Shown here: piece after piece, positions 22,154 through 31,405 of the stretch
Numbering within the stretch: position 1 is the first letter of the stretch
Layout of the letters: each line of letters opens with the position of its first letter
Notes under the pieces: generated by a model
Seen by the model: only the letters and a program-made list of their open reading frames with translations
Told to the model about the DNA's origin: nothing
Databases searched by the model: none
Assembly: GCA_963838925.1 (NCBI GenBank)
Contig: CAWISW010000002.1
Span: 16,705 to 48,704, forward strand
Direction: 5' to 3'
Source of the DNA: an uncultured Nitrososphaerota archaeon
Lineage (GTDB): Archaea > Thermoproteota > Nitrososphaeria > Nitrososphaerales > Gagatemarchaeaceae
DNA: 32,000 bases
Translations under genes and position numbers: made by a program

Positions 22154-23614
22154 ATGGCGTCCGCTTCGCTCGAGTCCTGGACGAGGGAGGCCGAGTCCCT
22201 GGAGACGGCAAAGAACCTGCTCTACTTCAAGCAGCTCGTCGGCCTGAGCTTTGACAAGGACAGGCTCGCATCCCTCGAGGGAAGGACGAAGTCGCACTAC
22301 TCGAGCTATCTCAGGAAGCACGGCAGAGGCACCGACGGGCCGAGGGGGCTGTTCCTGATGTCGGTGAGCACGGTCGGGATGGCGGTCACGTACAAACAGC
22401 TACTCAAGCTCCACGATGCCAGGGCGACCAAGGTGGTCTCTCGCGAGTTCAAGTTCGGAGGCGCCCCAGTAAACTGGGGCTCTTGGAGGCAGTTCGCGGC
22501 AAGCTCGGACGACTCCCACGCCCGCAAGACCCTCTTCGACGACTTCGTAGAAAAGTCGACGCTGTTGGCGCCCCTCGTCCAGAGGCGCTTCGAGGCGTAC
22601 AGGGCGGTCCTAGCCCGGTTCGGGACAGACCCGCTCTCGGCCTACCTGGAGCACGAGGGCGTCTCATACGACAGGCTGACCTCCATGGTCCAGCGTCTTG
22701 GGGAGCTCGCGAAAGGCCCCTTCGCTCAGGCCCTGGCCGGCTACTCCGCGGAGATAATCGGGAGACCCGCCGAGTACTACGACGACTACTACTTCTTCAG
22801 GAACCGGGTCTTCAGGAGATACGCGAAGAAGCTTCCCACCAAGGAGAAGCCCATCGACAAGATCTCGAAGACAATGAAGAAGATGGGTTTGGACGCCTCC
22901 AAGATCGCCGTCGATGACGCCGACCGCAAGGGGAAGAGCGCATCCGCGTTCTGCTCGGGCATCAAGATCCCAACAGACGTAAGGATCTCGTACAGGAAGG
23001 CGAACCCCCTCGAAGACTTTTCCTCCGTCTTCCACGAGTTCGGGCACGGAATCCACTTCTCGTCCATCGACTCGGGCGCGAGCTTCGCCGACAGGTACTG
23101 GGTCGCGAACGGCGTCGCCGAGATATTCTCGATCTTCTTCGAAGGGCTCATGCACGAGCGGCAGTTCCTTACGACTGAGCTGGGCCTCCCAGGAGACGTA
23201 GCGGAGGACATCCTTCGGCGCTACCGCTTCAACAGCCTCTACTTCGCGACCTTCTACGCCGCGAACTCGAGCTTGAAGCTGCGTTACTGGCACGACTCGT
23301 TGCCCTTCGACTCCCTCGACGGCCTCTACTCAGACCTCACCGAGAGGTTCCTCGGAATCAGGTATCCGGGCGCCTACTGGAAGCTCCACCACGTAATGCC
23401 GGACTACATCCTGTACTCTCCCTCCTACCTCATCGCCGCCGTCCGCGCCCTGGAGCTCCGCAACTCCCTCGTCGCCAAGTTCGGAGAGGCGTACTGGAGG
23501 GAGAAGGGGAGCGGAAGAGAGGTGATGCAGCTGATGCGCCCCGGGCAGTCCCTAGACCTCGGCTTCTCGAAGCTCGACGAGGCGGCCTATGTGAAGAGCC
23601 TAACTGCCGCTTGA
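22154..23614 (+). CDS. HExxH zinc metallopeptidase, M3 (oligoendopeptidase F)-like
   Basis: FHEFGHGIH plus a downstream Glu (GVAEIF) about 27 aa later, which is the gluzincin arrangement. 486 aa. Confidence 0.7.
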   Translation: MASASLESWTREAESLETAKNLLYFKQLVGLSFDKDRLASLEGRTKSHYSSYLRKHGRGTDGPRGLFLMSVSTVGMAVTYKQLLKLHDARATKVVSREFKFGGAPVNWGSWRQFAASSDDSHARKTLFDDFVEKSTLLAPLVQRRFEAYRAVLARFGTDPLSAYLEHEGVSYDRLTSMVQRLGELAKGPFAQALAGYSAEIIGRPAEYYDDYYFFRNRVFRRYAKKLPTKEKPIDKISKTMKKMGLDASKIAVDDADRKGKSASAFCSGIKIPTDVRISYRKANPLEDFSSVFHEFGHGIHFSSIDSGASFADRYWVANGVAEIFSIFFEGLMHERQFLTTELGLPGDVAEDILRRYRFNSLYFATFYAANSSLKLRYWHDSLPFDSLDGLYSDLTERFLGIRYPGAYWKLHHVMPDYILYSPSYLIAAVRALELRNSLVAKFGEAYWREKGSGREVMQLMRPGQSLDLGFSKLDEAAYVKSLTAA

Positions 23615-23643
23615 AGTGGCCAGCCTCTCGGGCGCGTCTATCG

Positions 23644-24369
23644 TCATAGGAGGAGCTTGCTGGCGTTCTCGTAGAGCACTAACTCCTTTTGTCTCTCAGT
23701 GAGGCCAGCGACCTTGACCTTCTGAAGCTCTACCGAGTAGTCGTGAAACGGGTAGTCTGAGCCGAAGACAACCCTTCCCTCGCCTACCCTCTCCACCGCC
23801 TCTTTGATCTTTGAGTGCATCGAGACGCCGGATGTCTCCAGGATGATGTTGTCGTGCTTCTTGGCCGTGTCTATTGCTGCCTTGATGTAGACGCCATGCG
23901 CGTGACCCATGTGAAGCATCACGATCCTGACGTCCGGATACATCTCTGCCAGCTCCCCAATACTCCAAGGCAAAGAAAAAGGAGGGTGACCGGAGTGGAT
24001 TGCGACTGGTATCCGCTTCTTCCCGGCAAACTCGACGATGGGCAGCACCTCCTCGTCGGTCGGAAGGAAAGCATGAACTAGCGGGTGGAGCTTCACCCCC
24101 TTGAAACCCCAGCGCGTCACCGACTCCTTGACAAGAGACAGCGCCCCCTTGTCGTGCGGGTTTGGCCACACGTACCCGACGAACCTCTCGGGGTGGCTCA
24201 GCACCGTTTTCCGGACGAGCAGATTGTCTGGAGCGAAGAGAACCGCCCTCTCTACACCTGAAGCGTCCATTTTGCTAAGAAGCTCTTTGGCTGAGCAAGA
24301 GACGTTCGCCCAGCTGCCGAACCGGCCCACGTGCGAGTGAGCGTCGATGATTTTGGTCGGGTCTGACAA
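23644..24369 (-). CDS. amidohydrolase-2 family metal-dependent hydrolase (TIM barrel, COG2159-like)
   Basis: IIDAHSHVG, VAIHSGH, VMLHMGH and FGSDYPFHD. TTG 24369 lies 10 nt downstream of the permease stop. The track's longer N-terminus overlaps the permease. Confidence 0.75.
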   Translation of the reverse strand: MSDPTKIIDAHSHVGRFGSWANVSCSAKELLSKMDASGVERAVLFAPDNLLVRKTVLSHPERFVGYVWPNPHDKGALSLVKESVTRWGFKGVKLHPLVHAFLPTDEEVLPIVEFAGKKRIPVAIHSGHPPFSLPWSIGELAEMYPDVRIVMLHMGHAHGVYIKAAIDTAKKHDNIILETSGVSMHSKIKEAVERVGEGRVVFGSDYPFHDYSVELQKVKVAGLTERQKELVLYENASKLLL

Positions 24370-24379
24370 CGTTACTCTC

Positions 24380-25981
24380 CTACTCGGGAGGGATTTGCGA
24401 CTGCGCGAGGCGGAGGTCCACTCCCCTGCTCTTGTGATAGCGATAAGACACAAAATAGATCGCGACCGGTATCAGCACGACCACCCCCACGACTATCTGT
24501 GCGGACGCCTGGAAGGGCCCCACCGCGGGGTTTGCCACGCTGTTGTATCCCAGGTAGGCGAAGAGGGCGGCGGCGACGGCGCCCAGCACCGAGATCGTTG
24601 GGACTCCCCGCCTCCTCCCTCCCGTCGCGGACTCGTAGACGTCCCGCCTCGTGAAGGGCAGCAGGACCGCGCTCACCGCCGCGAGGAACCAGACCACGCT
24701 GTAGAAGAAGACGGCGTTGACCTGGGCGGAGATGAACGACGTGAAGTACTGCAGGTACATGGGGATGAGCGCGAGCACCGCACCGAGAATGATCGCGTTG
24801 ACAGGGGTGTGGAACCTGTCGCTCACCTTGGAGAGCCACTGGGGCATCACCCTGTCGAACGACCAGGCCAGGAAGAGCCTGCTGATGAAGACCAGGCTCA
24901 GCCACGACCACCCGATGTTCCCGATGAAGAGCCCTATCACTATCAGCCAAAGCAGCAGGCTGCTGGGGTTGAGCACGGTCGCGAACGCCGTCGGGACCGT
25001 CGAGAGCGGCGCGCCTCCCCCTCCGTTCTGGATCGCCCACGCCTCGATGAAGGGCAGGCCTACGACCTTGTCGAGCACGTAGGTTAGCCCGAACCAGATC
25101 GCTATCGAGACGGCCTCCGCGAGGACCAGGCCGTAGAGCAGCGAAGTACGCGGCCTCCTGATCTCCCCGCCCACGAACTGCATCACGGGGTAGGGGCCGA
25201 TGCTGACGAAGAGCAGGGGGACCACCGCCCCGATGCTCGCTAGGCTCGCGCCAGGGACGTACCCGCTCGCCGCGGCGTCCGAGTAGACCTTTGATACGCC
25301 ACCTTGGAAGTAGGCGTTGTACGCGTTGACGAAGTCAGCGTGGCTGCTGGTCAGGAAGATCACGAGGACCAGCAGCATGGTGAAGACGCCGTAGCCGAAG
25401 AAAGAGTAGACCACCAGCCTGAAGATCCTCCCCCCGGCGATGACCAGCACCGCCCCGATGGCGAGGATCGCTATTCCCACCGCCATGAGGACGGCCGGGG
25501 CGCTGGAGACTCCCGGGGTGATGAAGTTCCCGAGCGACGCGATGCCCTGGTCGCCGAGCACCTTCCCCGCGAACGAAAGCTGCGTCCCGGTCTCTGAGAA
25601 CGCCCAGTACGACCCCGAGCCTGCGGAGACCAGGATCGCCACGAAGAAGAGGAAGCTAGCGACGAAGCCCAGGGGGCTCGACAGGACCCTCGAGATGAAC
25701 ACGTAGTCCCCTCCCGAGCGCGGCATGACCGTCGTGAGCTGCCAATACAGGAGGACTATCACTATGGCAATGACAGCCCAGACCGCAAGGCTCGCGTAGT
25801 AGTTCACGTTCTGGTAGTAGTCCGGCGTGACCCAGAATATCCCCGCCCAGCTCGTCAGCCACGGGAAGAAGATGACGCTCCACGTGAACACGTCGATTGC
25901 GCTGAACTGCCTTACAAGTCCGGTCGCCTGCCTCACGAAATAGCCGCCTTCCGAGGGTACGCCAGGCCGCTGCCGATTCAT
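24380..25981 (-). CDS. APC-superfamily amino acid/polyamine permease
   Basis: About 12 TM segments with composition typical of the family. I start at ATG 25981 (MNRQRPG...), and GTG 25999 is also possible. The track's additional 79 N-terminal residues look non-coding. Confidence 0.75.
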   Translation of the reverse strand: MNRQRPGVPSEGGYFVRQATGLVRQFSAIDVFTWSVIFFPWLTSWAGIFWVTPDYYQNVNYYASLAVWAVIAIVIVLLYWQLTTVMPRSGGDYVFISRVLSSPLGFVASFLFFVAILVSAGSGSYWAFSETGTQLSFAGKVLGDQGIASLGNFITPGVSSAPAVLMAVGIAILAIGAVLVIAGGRIFRLVVYSFFGYGVFTMLLVLVIFLTSSHADFVNAYNAYFQGGVSKVYSDAAASGYVPGASLASIGAVVPLLFVSIGPYPVMQFVGGEIRRPRTSLLYGLVLAEAVSIAIWFGLTYVLDKVVGLPFIEAWAIQNGGGGAPLSTVPTAFATVLNPSSLLLWLIVIGLFIGNIGWSWLSLVFISRLFLAWSFDRVMPQWLSKVSDRFHTPVNAIILGAVLALIPMYLQYFTSFISAQVNAVFFYSVVWFLAAVSAVLLPFTRRDVYESATGGRRRGVPTISVLGAVAAALFAYLGYNSVANPAVGPFQASAQIVVGVVVLIPVAIYFVSYRYHKSRGVDLRLAQSQIPPE

Positions 25982-26126
25982 TCCCTCGTCTTCGCTCACA
26001 GTGAGGCTTGCCGGACTTTCTCCCGGGCGGCTGACTATTAGGTTGTTGCCCTCCTCGTCCGACGCTTGCCCGGACGGAAAGGTTTTACCGGGTGGGCGCG
26101 GAAGCCATCCCGGAACCGAGAGGCCC

Positions 26127-26474
26127 ATGAAGAACCCATTCTCCGGGGGAAGCGCAAAGAAGACGGGCCAGGTCTCGGGGCTCGAGTCGATCCCCGCAGG
26201 CGCCCAGATGATCCCCATGGACGTGAAGAAGCAGTACGAGGAGAAGCCGATCCACCTCTATCACCCCACCCCCTACAACGTCATCACCGTCCTGAGGAAC
26301 AGGAAGCAGACCAACGAATGGCTGGTCTGCGGCTGGTACATCGACACCTTCAGGGAGCACGGGGTGGTCAAGGGGCTCGTGTACCGGGCGGTCTCCTCCG
26401 ACGAAGACAAGGAGCACGTAATGACGGAGCTGAAGAAGCTGGACAAGGACGCCAGCGTGAAGTTCGCGCTGTGA
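26127..26474 (+). CDS. small hypothetical protein
   Basis: 115 aa from ATG 26127 (internal ATGs at 26208 and 26217 are possible). The C-terminal part (YHPTPYNVITVLRNRKQTNEWLVCGWYIDTF...) looks globular. Confidence 0.45.
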   Translation: MKNPFSGGSAKKTGQVSGLESIPAGAQMIPMDVKKQYEEKPIHLYHPTPYNVITVLRNRKQTNEWLVCGWYIDTFREHGVVKGLVYRAVSSDEDKEHVMTELKKLDKDASVKFAL

Positions 26475-26549
26475 CACCCGGCCGGCATTGAGGCCGCAGA
26501 CCCGCGCTTCCGCTCCAAAGGAATAAAAGGGGGCCTGAGCGCGCGCCGA

Positions 26550-26897
26550 TTGGGAAGAGAATTGGAGACCAAGACGCTCCCTCACCTAAAGTCAGCCGAG
26601 TTCGAGAAGGAAGTGCTGAAGGCGCAGACCCCCGCTGTGGTCGACTTCTACGCAGACTGGTGCGGCCCGTGCAGGATGGTCTCCCCCATAATCGAGCAGC
26701 TCTCCAAGGAGTACGAGGGGAAGGTCAAGTTCGTGAAGCTCAACACGGATGAGAACCCCGACATCGCCATGAAGTATGGGATAATGAGCATCCCGACCAT
26801 AATGGTCTTCAAGAACGGGCAGGTCGCGTCCACGGTAATCGGCGCGGGGCCGGCCTCGATGTACAAGCAGAAGATCGACTCTGTGCTGAAGAGCTAG
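26550..26897 (+). CDS. trxA: thioredoxin
   Basis: VVDFYADWCGPCRMVSP and GIMSIPTIMVFKNG. TTG 26550 lies 26 nt after aataaaag (26522-26529). Confidence 0.9.
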   Translation: MGRELETKTLPHLKSAEFEKEVLKAQTPAVVDFYADWCGPCRMVSPIIEQLSKEYEGKVKFVKLNTDENPDIAMKYGIMSIPTIMVFKNGQVASTVIGAGPASMYKQKIDSVLKS

Positions 26898-26924
26898 TCG
26901 AGCGTTCCGGTTCGCGAAGGGTTC

Positions 26925-28295
26925 TCAGTTGCTCAGGGTGTAGACCCTGTCGCCCTCCGCCCTCGTCCCCTCTTTGCCTATGCTGTCGAGGACGAACCTC
27001 TTGGAGGCGCCAGGCGGCCACTCGCTGGGGGCTATGCTTCCGGAGTGGATCTTCTCGTATTCTGCGATCGAGAGCTTCTTCCTCGAGTTCAACCTCGGCA
27101 TCAGGTCGAACCTCTTCGAGGCCTCCTTGAACGCGTCTGGAACAAGATTGGCCTGGATGACCGCGTGGCTGCCGCTGCCGTAACCGCAGAGTATGACCTT
27201 CTTCCTGCCGAGGTCCTCCTTGTCGTTCTCGAACATGCTGTCGAGCCCGACGAAGACCGAGACCGAGTACGAGTTGCCTACGAGCTCCGGGGCCACGACG
27301 GAGCTACCCACGCGCGTGGCGAAGTCATCTACGAATGCCTTCGAGTTCATGAACTTCCTCCTAAAGTCCCCGTAGGCTTCGCTCATGTAGTACGCTAGGT
27401 CGTCCATCCCCTCCCTCGAAGGCTCCGGGCCGATAGCCCCGACCACCTCCTTCCATCGGGGCAGCGACCTCCACTCATGCATCAGGAGCGACGCGTACGC
27501 GGAGATGACCATCTTCTTGTGCGGGTTGTGGTATATCGCCCGGTCGAAGTTGTCGATGGTCGCTCGGTCGCCCGTGGGCTTCAGCCCAGCGTTGGCGGCC
27601 GCGGACTGGAAGTTCAGCCATGCGAGCTTCATCTCGCTGAGGTAGGACGCGTACGACCTCGCGCCGTCCACTAGCGCGACCGTCCTCCCGCCGGGCTTCT
27701 TGAAGTCGCCCTTCTCGTTCCTCAGCGCCGCCCCGAACGCCCCCGGGATTATCTCCAGCAGCCTGGGGTCCTTTGCAATCAGGACGGCGGCTGCGGCGGC
27801 CCCCTGGGTGGGCTCCTCCCTGCTCTTGAGGTCGTACTTCGCGACGTCGGTCGCGACTATCAGCGCGTACTTCGAGGTGTTCCAGCCCGCCGCGAACCAG
27901 GCGCTCGTGTCGAGGTAGCGCTCCATCCCGCTCACGCAGGCGAACTTCTGCTCGTAGCCCAGGACGTGTGACAGGCTCCCGTTCCCGTAGACCTGCTCGA
28001 GCATCCCCACGACGTCTGAGACCAGCGCCCTGGAGCTGTCCAGCCCGCTCTCGGTAGGCGTGTCAATCCTGAAGATCTCCTTGGGCGATATCTTGTAAGC
28101 TTCCATCAGGCGGTGGGCCGCGGTCGCCGCCATGCTCGACTGGTCCTCGTTAGGGGGCGGCACCGAGAAGGTCTTGACCCCGACGCCCTCGGTGAAGTGC
28201 TTGGGGGCGCTGCCCCTCGCAACCGCAAGCTCCGCGTTGTCGACGTAGTACTCCGGCGAGTAGACGTAGAGGCCGTCGATTCCCACCTTTGTCAT
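26925..28295 (-). CDS. hmgB: hydroxymethylglutaryl-CoA synthase, long (bacterial/eukaryal-like) form
   Basis: TESGLDSSR (catalytic Glu region), FACVSG (Cys), YHNPHKKMV (His), GNSYSVSVFVGL and CGYGSGS. 456 aa. ATG 28295 lies about 29 nt from aataaata (reverse of 28324-28333). Confidence 0.8.
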   Translation of the reverse strand: MTKVGIDGLYVYSPEYYVDNAELAVARGSAPKHFTEGVGVKTFSVPPPNEDQSSMAATAAHRLMEAYKISPKEIFRIDTPTESGLDSSRALVSDVVGMLEQVYGNGSLSHVLGYEQKFACVSGMERYLDTSAWFAAGWNTSKYALIVATDVAKYDLKSREEPTQGAAAAAVLIAKDPRLLEIIPGAFGAALRNEKGDFKKPGGRTVALVDGARSYASYLSEMKLAWLNFQSAAANAGLKPTGDRATIDNFDRAIYHNPHKKMVISAYASLLMHEWRSLPRWKEVVGAIGPEPSREGMDDLAYYMSEAYGDFRRKFMNSKAFVDDFATRVGSSVVAPELVGNSYSVSVFVGLDSMFENDKEDLGRKKVILCGYGSGSHAVIQANLVPDAFKEASKRFDLMPRLNSRKKLSIAEYEKIHSGSIAPSEWPPGASKRFVLDSIGKEGTRAEGDRVYTLSN

Positions 28296-28413
28296 GCGTT
28301 GGCCGCCGCGCGGTCCCGCCGAGTATTTATTGTGTGAGTTGCCTCATTCCACTTGGGCGATTGACGAAGGGGCCGGCAACGTTAATCTAGGCGCGACGGC
28401 CTTTCTTGAACGC

Positions 28414-29349
28414 TTGAGGATCTACTCCTTCATCCCCAGCGCGACGGAGATGGTCTACGCGCTCGGGCTGGAGGACCAGCTGTACGGGGTGACCCACGAG
28501 TGCGACTTCCCGCCCGAAGCTCGTACCAAGCCCGTCGCGATAAGTTCGCTCCTGGAGATGTCGGGACTGAGCCAGCGTGAGATAGACGACAGCGTCGTCG
28601 AGAGCATTTCCCACAGACACGGCCTCTACTCGATAGACAGGGGACTCCTCAGGGAGAACCCTCCTGACGTGGTCATCACCCAAGAGCTCTGCGACGTCTG
28701 CTCTGTCTCCCTCCGCGACGTCCTCTCGACCCTCTCGGAGCTGTCAGGGAGCTGCAAGGTCGTCTCCCTCAAGCCCAGGGGGCTGGGCGGGGTGATGGAG
28801 GACATTCTGACCGTCGGGTTGGCCTGCGGCGCAGAGCCTGAGGCCAGGGCGCTCGTCGGGTCGCTTGAAGCCAGGGTCCAAAGGGTCAGAGACGCCGCTG
28901 CGAGCCTCGAGAGGAAGAGGGTCTTCTGCGCGGAGTGGTTCGACCCGGTCTTCGCCTCGGGGCACTGGGTACCTGAGATGGTCTCCATCTCGGGAGGGGA
29001 GGACCGCCTCGGAATCGCGGGGCAGGACTCGCGCAAGATCCCTTGGGACCTGGTCCCTGAGTACGACCCCGAGGTGCTAATCCTGATGCCCTGCGGATTC
29101 GACACGGAACGCGCCGCCGGTGACGTCTCGATTCTGGCCAAGAACAAGGGCTGGGAGTCGATGGCGGCCGTGAAGAGCGGCGACGTCTTCGCGACCAACG
29201 GTTCCGCGTACTACTCAAGGCCCGGCCCTCGCCTGGTGGACGGCCTCGAGCTGATGGCGAAGATGATACACCCCGAGGCATTCGGGAGCGACTTGCCTCC
29301 CCAGCAGGCGAAGAGGGTGGGCCGGCGGCTTCTCAGGAGCCTCCAGTAA
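28414..29349 (+). CDS. BtuF/FecB-like (TroA-fold) binding protein without signal peptide
   Basis: RIYSFIPSATEMVYALGLEDQLYGVTHECDFP, PDVVITQELCDVCS and the C-terminal YYSRPGPR. TTG 28414 gives the family-typical N-terminus and lies about 28 nt after gttaatctag. The track's ATG 28294 would overlap the hmgB start. Confidence 0.7.
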   Translation: MRIYSFIPSATEMVYALGLEDQLYGVTHECDFPPEARTKPVAISSLLEMSGLSQREIDDSVVESISHRHGLYSIDRGLLRENPPDVVITQELCDVCSVSLRDVLSTLSELSGSCKVVSLKPRGLGGVMEDILTVGLACGAEPEARALVGSLEARVQRVRDAAASLERKRVFCAEWFDPVFASGHWVPEMVSISGGEDRLGIAGQDSRKIPWDLVPEYDPEVLILMPCGFDTERAAGDVSILAKNKGWESMAAVKSGDVFATNGSAYYSRPGPRLVDGLELMAKMIHPEAFGSDLPPQQAKRVGRRLLRSLQ

Positions 29350-29381
29350 CGCAAATAACGAGGCGCTCCCTCGACATCTCA

Positions 29382-29720
29382 ATGAAGCTACTCTTGAAGC
29401 ACGACCTGCCGAGGAGGCTTAGAAGCGCCCAAGTCTACGTGGAGTTCCTCAACGCATCGCTCTTCCTCTCGGTCGACGGCTCAAAGGCGAGCGTCATGGG
29501 GAGCATCGGAGGCCAGCACGGAAGGCCCATAGCCGTCTCAGACAGAGAGTACTCGAGCTACAGGGCCTCCCACGACGTCGTCGAGGTCGTTGACCAGGAC
29601 GAGGAGCGCGTCGTCCTGAAGAACGCGGACGGCTACGAGGAAGAGTGGCTCCGCCCGAAGTGGGTCCTCACCGGGGTAAGGCGGGCAAGGCAGACGGACC
29701 ACAAGCCTGCCAGCGACTAG
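29382..29720 (+). CDS. hypothetical protein
   Basis: 112-aa ORF. ATG lies about 27 nt after gcaaataacg. No motif recognised. Confidence 0.45.
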   Translation: MKLLLKHDLPRRLRSAQVYVEFLNASLFLSVDGSKASVMGSIGGQHGRPIAVSDREYSSYRASHDVVEVVDQDEERVVLKNADGYEEEWLRPKWVLTGVRRARQTDHKPASD

Positions 29721-29745
29721 ATGGACGAAACGGGTTCCGACTGCG

Positions 29746-30060
29746 CTACTCTGCGTCTTCCTCTATCGGGGCCTGGTCGTCGCCGTCATCGGCCGACTCC
29801 TCTATGACAATCTCTTCTTCGACGATCTTGTCGCCCTTTTCCGAAAGCATCTCGTCGGTGGAGTACCAGTGCTTCTTCCCGTCCAGCCCTCCCATCTCCA
29901 CCTCGGCGAAGCCGGCCAGCGTCCTCCCCGTGAGGACGCCCAGGCGCTGCTTGCCCGAGGGCAGAGCTGACTTCTTGACCTCGACGCCGTCCTCACCGAA
30001 GACAGCCTCCTTCGTCGGGTTGCAGTTGACCTTCACGCCTTTGGCGGGCCTGACCTCCAT
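29746..30060 (-). CDS. hypothetical protein with strongly acidic C-terminal tail
   Basis: 104 aa. The tail reads EEEIVIEESADDGDDQAPIEEDAE. A TATA-like ttgataaac lies about 30 nt upstream. Confidence 0.5.
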   Translation of the reverse strand: MEVRPAKGVKVNCNPTKEAVFGEDGVEVKKSALPSGKQRLGVLTGRTLAGFAEVEMGGLDGKKHWYSTDEMLSEKGDKIVEEEIVIEESADDGDDQAPIEEDAE

Positions 30061-30114
30061 TGAGTCCGCCCGTGAATGTCTCAGCAGTTGTTTATCAACG
30101 ATTCGTCGGCCGCG

Positions 30115-30447
30115 TTAGAATAGAGAGCCGATTTCGTCAAGGATCTTTCTGGTCTCGCTGAAGACCGACGCCGCGCTCAAGGGCTCTCTTCCCCTCGCCG
30201 CGAACGACGCCCCGACCATCACCGCGCCCGGCACCGCCGTGATGGGGTCGGGCGCCAGTATCAGGGCCACCCCGGCCTTTCGCAGCGTCTTCGAGAGGGA
30301 ATTGGGGCGCGCCACCTGCCGAAGCCCCTCCCGCGTGCCACGGTCCGCTAGCGCCCCCGCCACCGCGCCCCGGTCGCCCATGATTCGAGCGACAGAACTC
30401 GCGCTCGACCTGATGAGCTGCCCTTGGCGATGGCTTTCGCTAACCAC
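30115..30447 (-). CDS. hypothetical protein
   Basis: 110 aa from GTG 30447, about 28 nt from ggttaagcg on the reverse strand. An internal ATG at 30381 is an alternative. Confidence 0.4.
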   Translation of the reverse strand: MVSESHRQGQLIRSSASSVARIMGDRGAVAGALADRGTREGLRQVARPNSLSKTLRKAGVALILAPDPITAVPGAVMVGASFAARGREPLSAASVFSETRKILDEIGSLF

Positions 30448-30531
30448 GCAGGAATGTTCTCCCGACCTCGCTTAACCGGGAGCTGGTCAAAAGACGTTGG
30501 CCACGGACTCAAAAGTGGGGACGGTTCGCGC

Positions 30532-30936
30532 CTAGACGGGCGCTGCCACGGCCTGGGTCATCGACTTGCGCCTGCTCCTCGCCGCCATCATCCCCCCGAG
30601 CGCCAGAAGGACGAGTATGACGACCGCGAGTCCCTGATGGGCCATCTCTAGCATCGCGTCTGGATACGCGAGTACCCTGAAGCCCAGTGCGACCTGAGCG
30701 AAGGTCAGCGCGAACGCCAACGCGTAGACGAGCTTGGCGATCATCGAGCTAGGCATGAAGAAGATGCTCGAGACCAGGAACGCGACCAGAGCGATCCCGC
30801 CGATCCCTATCAGCATGTGGGGGAGGATGAGCGCGCTGCCGGTCGGATTGCCGGAGCCCGCGAGAGCGAACCCTATGATTATCTGGACGACTAGTCCGCC
30901 GGCCCCGATAGCGCCGGCGAGCGTTTGGTTGTTCAA
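30532..30936 (-). CDS. small 4-TM membrane protein
   Basis: 134 aa with four hydrophobic helices. TTG start. A T4 run on the minus strand (reverse of 30490-30493) lies about 40 nt past the stop. Confidence 0.55.
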   Translation of the reverse strand: MNNQTLAGAIGAGGLVVQIIIGFALAGSGNPTGSALILPHMLIGIGGIALVAFLVSSIFFMPSSMIAKLVYALAFALTFAQVALGFRVLAYPDAMLEMAHQGLAVVILVLLALGGMMAARSRRKSMTQAVAAPV

Positions 30937-31030
30937 GATTCGGTTCCTTCGGCAGACTCACCGGAGCCCGGATTTAATATGTTTCCATGAACCGAGCACT
31001 CCTTAACTACTCTGGCTCGAATCTGCAGCC

Positions 31031-31345
31031 ATGGCGAGGCTGTCAGACGCCCAGGTCGAGCGCGCCCTCAAGCCTCTGAAGGGGTGGAGGCGCGACGGCG
31101 ACTTCATCGCAAAGGACTTTCGCTTCAGGACGTTCCTCGGAGGGATCCGGTTCGTCGACAAGGTAGCAAGGATCGCAGAGTCGCAGGAGCACCACCCCGA
31201 CATCCACGTCGTCTGGACAACCGTCACCCTGAAGATCCAGACCCACGACCAAGGCGGGATCACCGGCCTCGACGTCGCCTTGGCGGCGGAGATAGAGAAG
31301 CGCGCTTCCCCCGCCAAGAGGAAGCCCGCAGCCACGGACCGATAA
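31031..31345 (+). CDS. phhB: pterin-4-alpha-carbinolamine dehydratase (PCD/DCoH)
   Basis: LKGWRRDGDFIAKDFRF..F...F..KVA.IAESQEHHPDI......V.L...TH..GGIT is the family signature. Confidence 0.85.
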   Translation: MARLSDAQVERALKPLKGWRRDGDFIAKDFRFRTFLGGIRFVDKVARIAESQEHHPDIHVVWTTVTLKIQTHDQGGITGLDVALAAEIEKRASPAKRKPAATDR

Positions 31346-31361
31346 GCCCCGATAATTCTTA

Positions 31362-31382
31362 TATACAACTCGAAGTTGTATA
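31362..31382. promoter_or_regulatory. perfect 9-3-9 palindrome TATACAACT-cga-AGTTGTATA overlapping the TATA-like box of the thermosome gene
   Basis: Read directly from the sequence. It lies 24-44 nt upstream of ATG 31406. Confidence 0.6.
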
Positions 31383-31405
31383 CCCGCATCGGTGCATCAG
31401 AGTAA

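Noticed and set aside
24347-25087. Long ORFs (246 aa on the + strand, 222 aa on the - strand) inside the APC permease gene
   Set aside because: They are R/D/E/G/P-rich shadow frames of a GC-rich gene. The permease frame gives about 12 clean TM segments.
28294-28413. ATG 28294 as the start of the BtuF-like gene
   Set aside because: It would overlap the divergent hmgB start codon and add 40 residues with no family counterpart. The region holds the two back-to-back TATA-like boxes.
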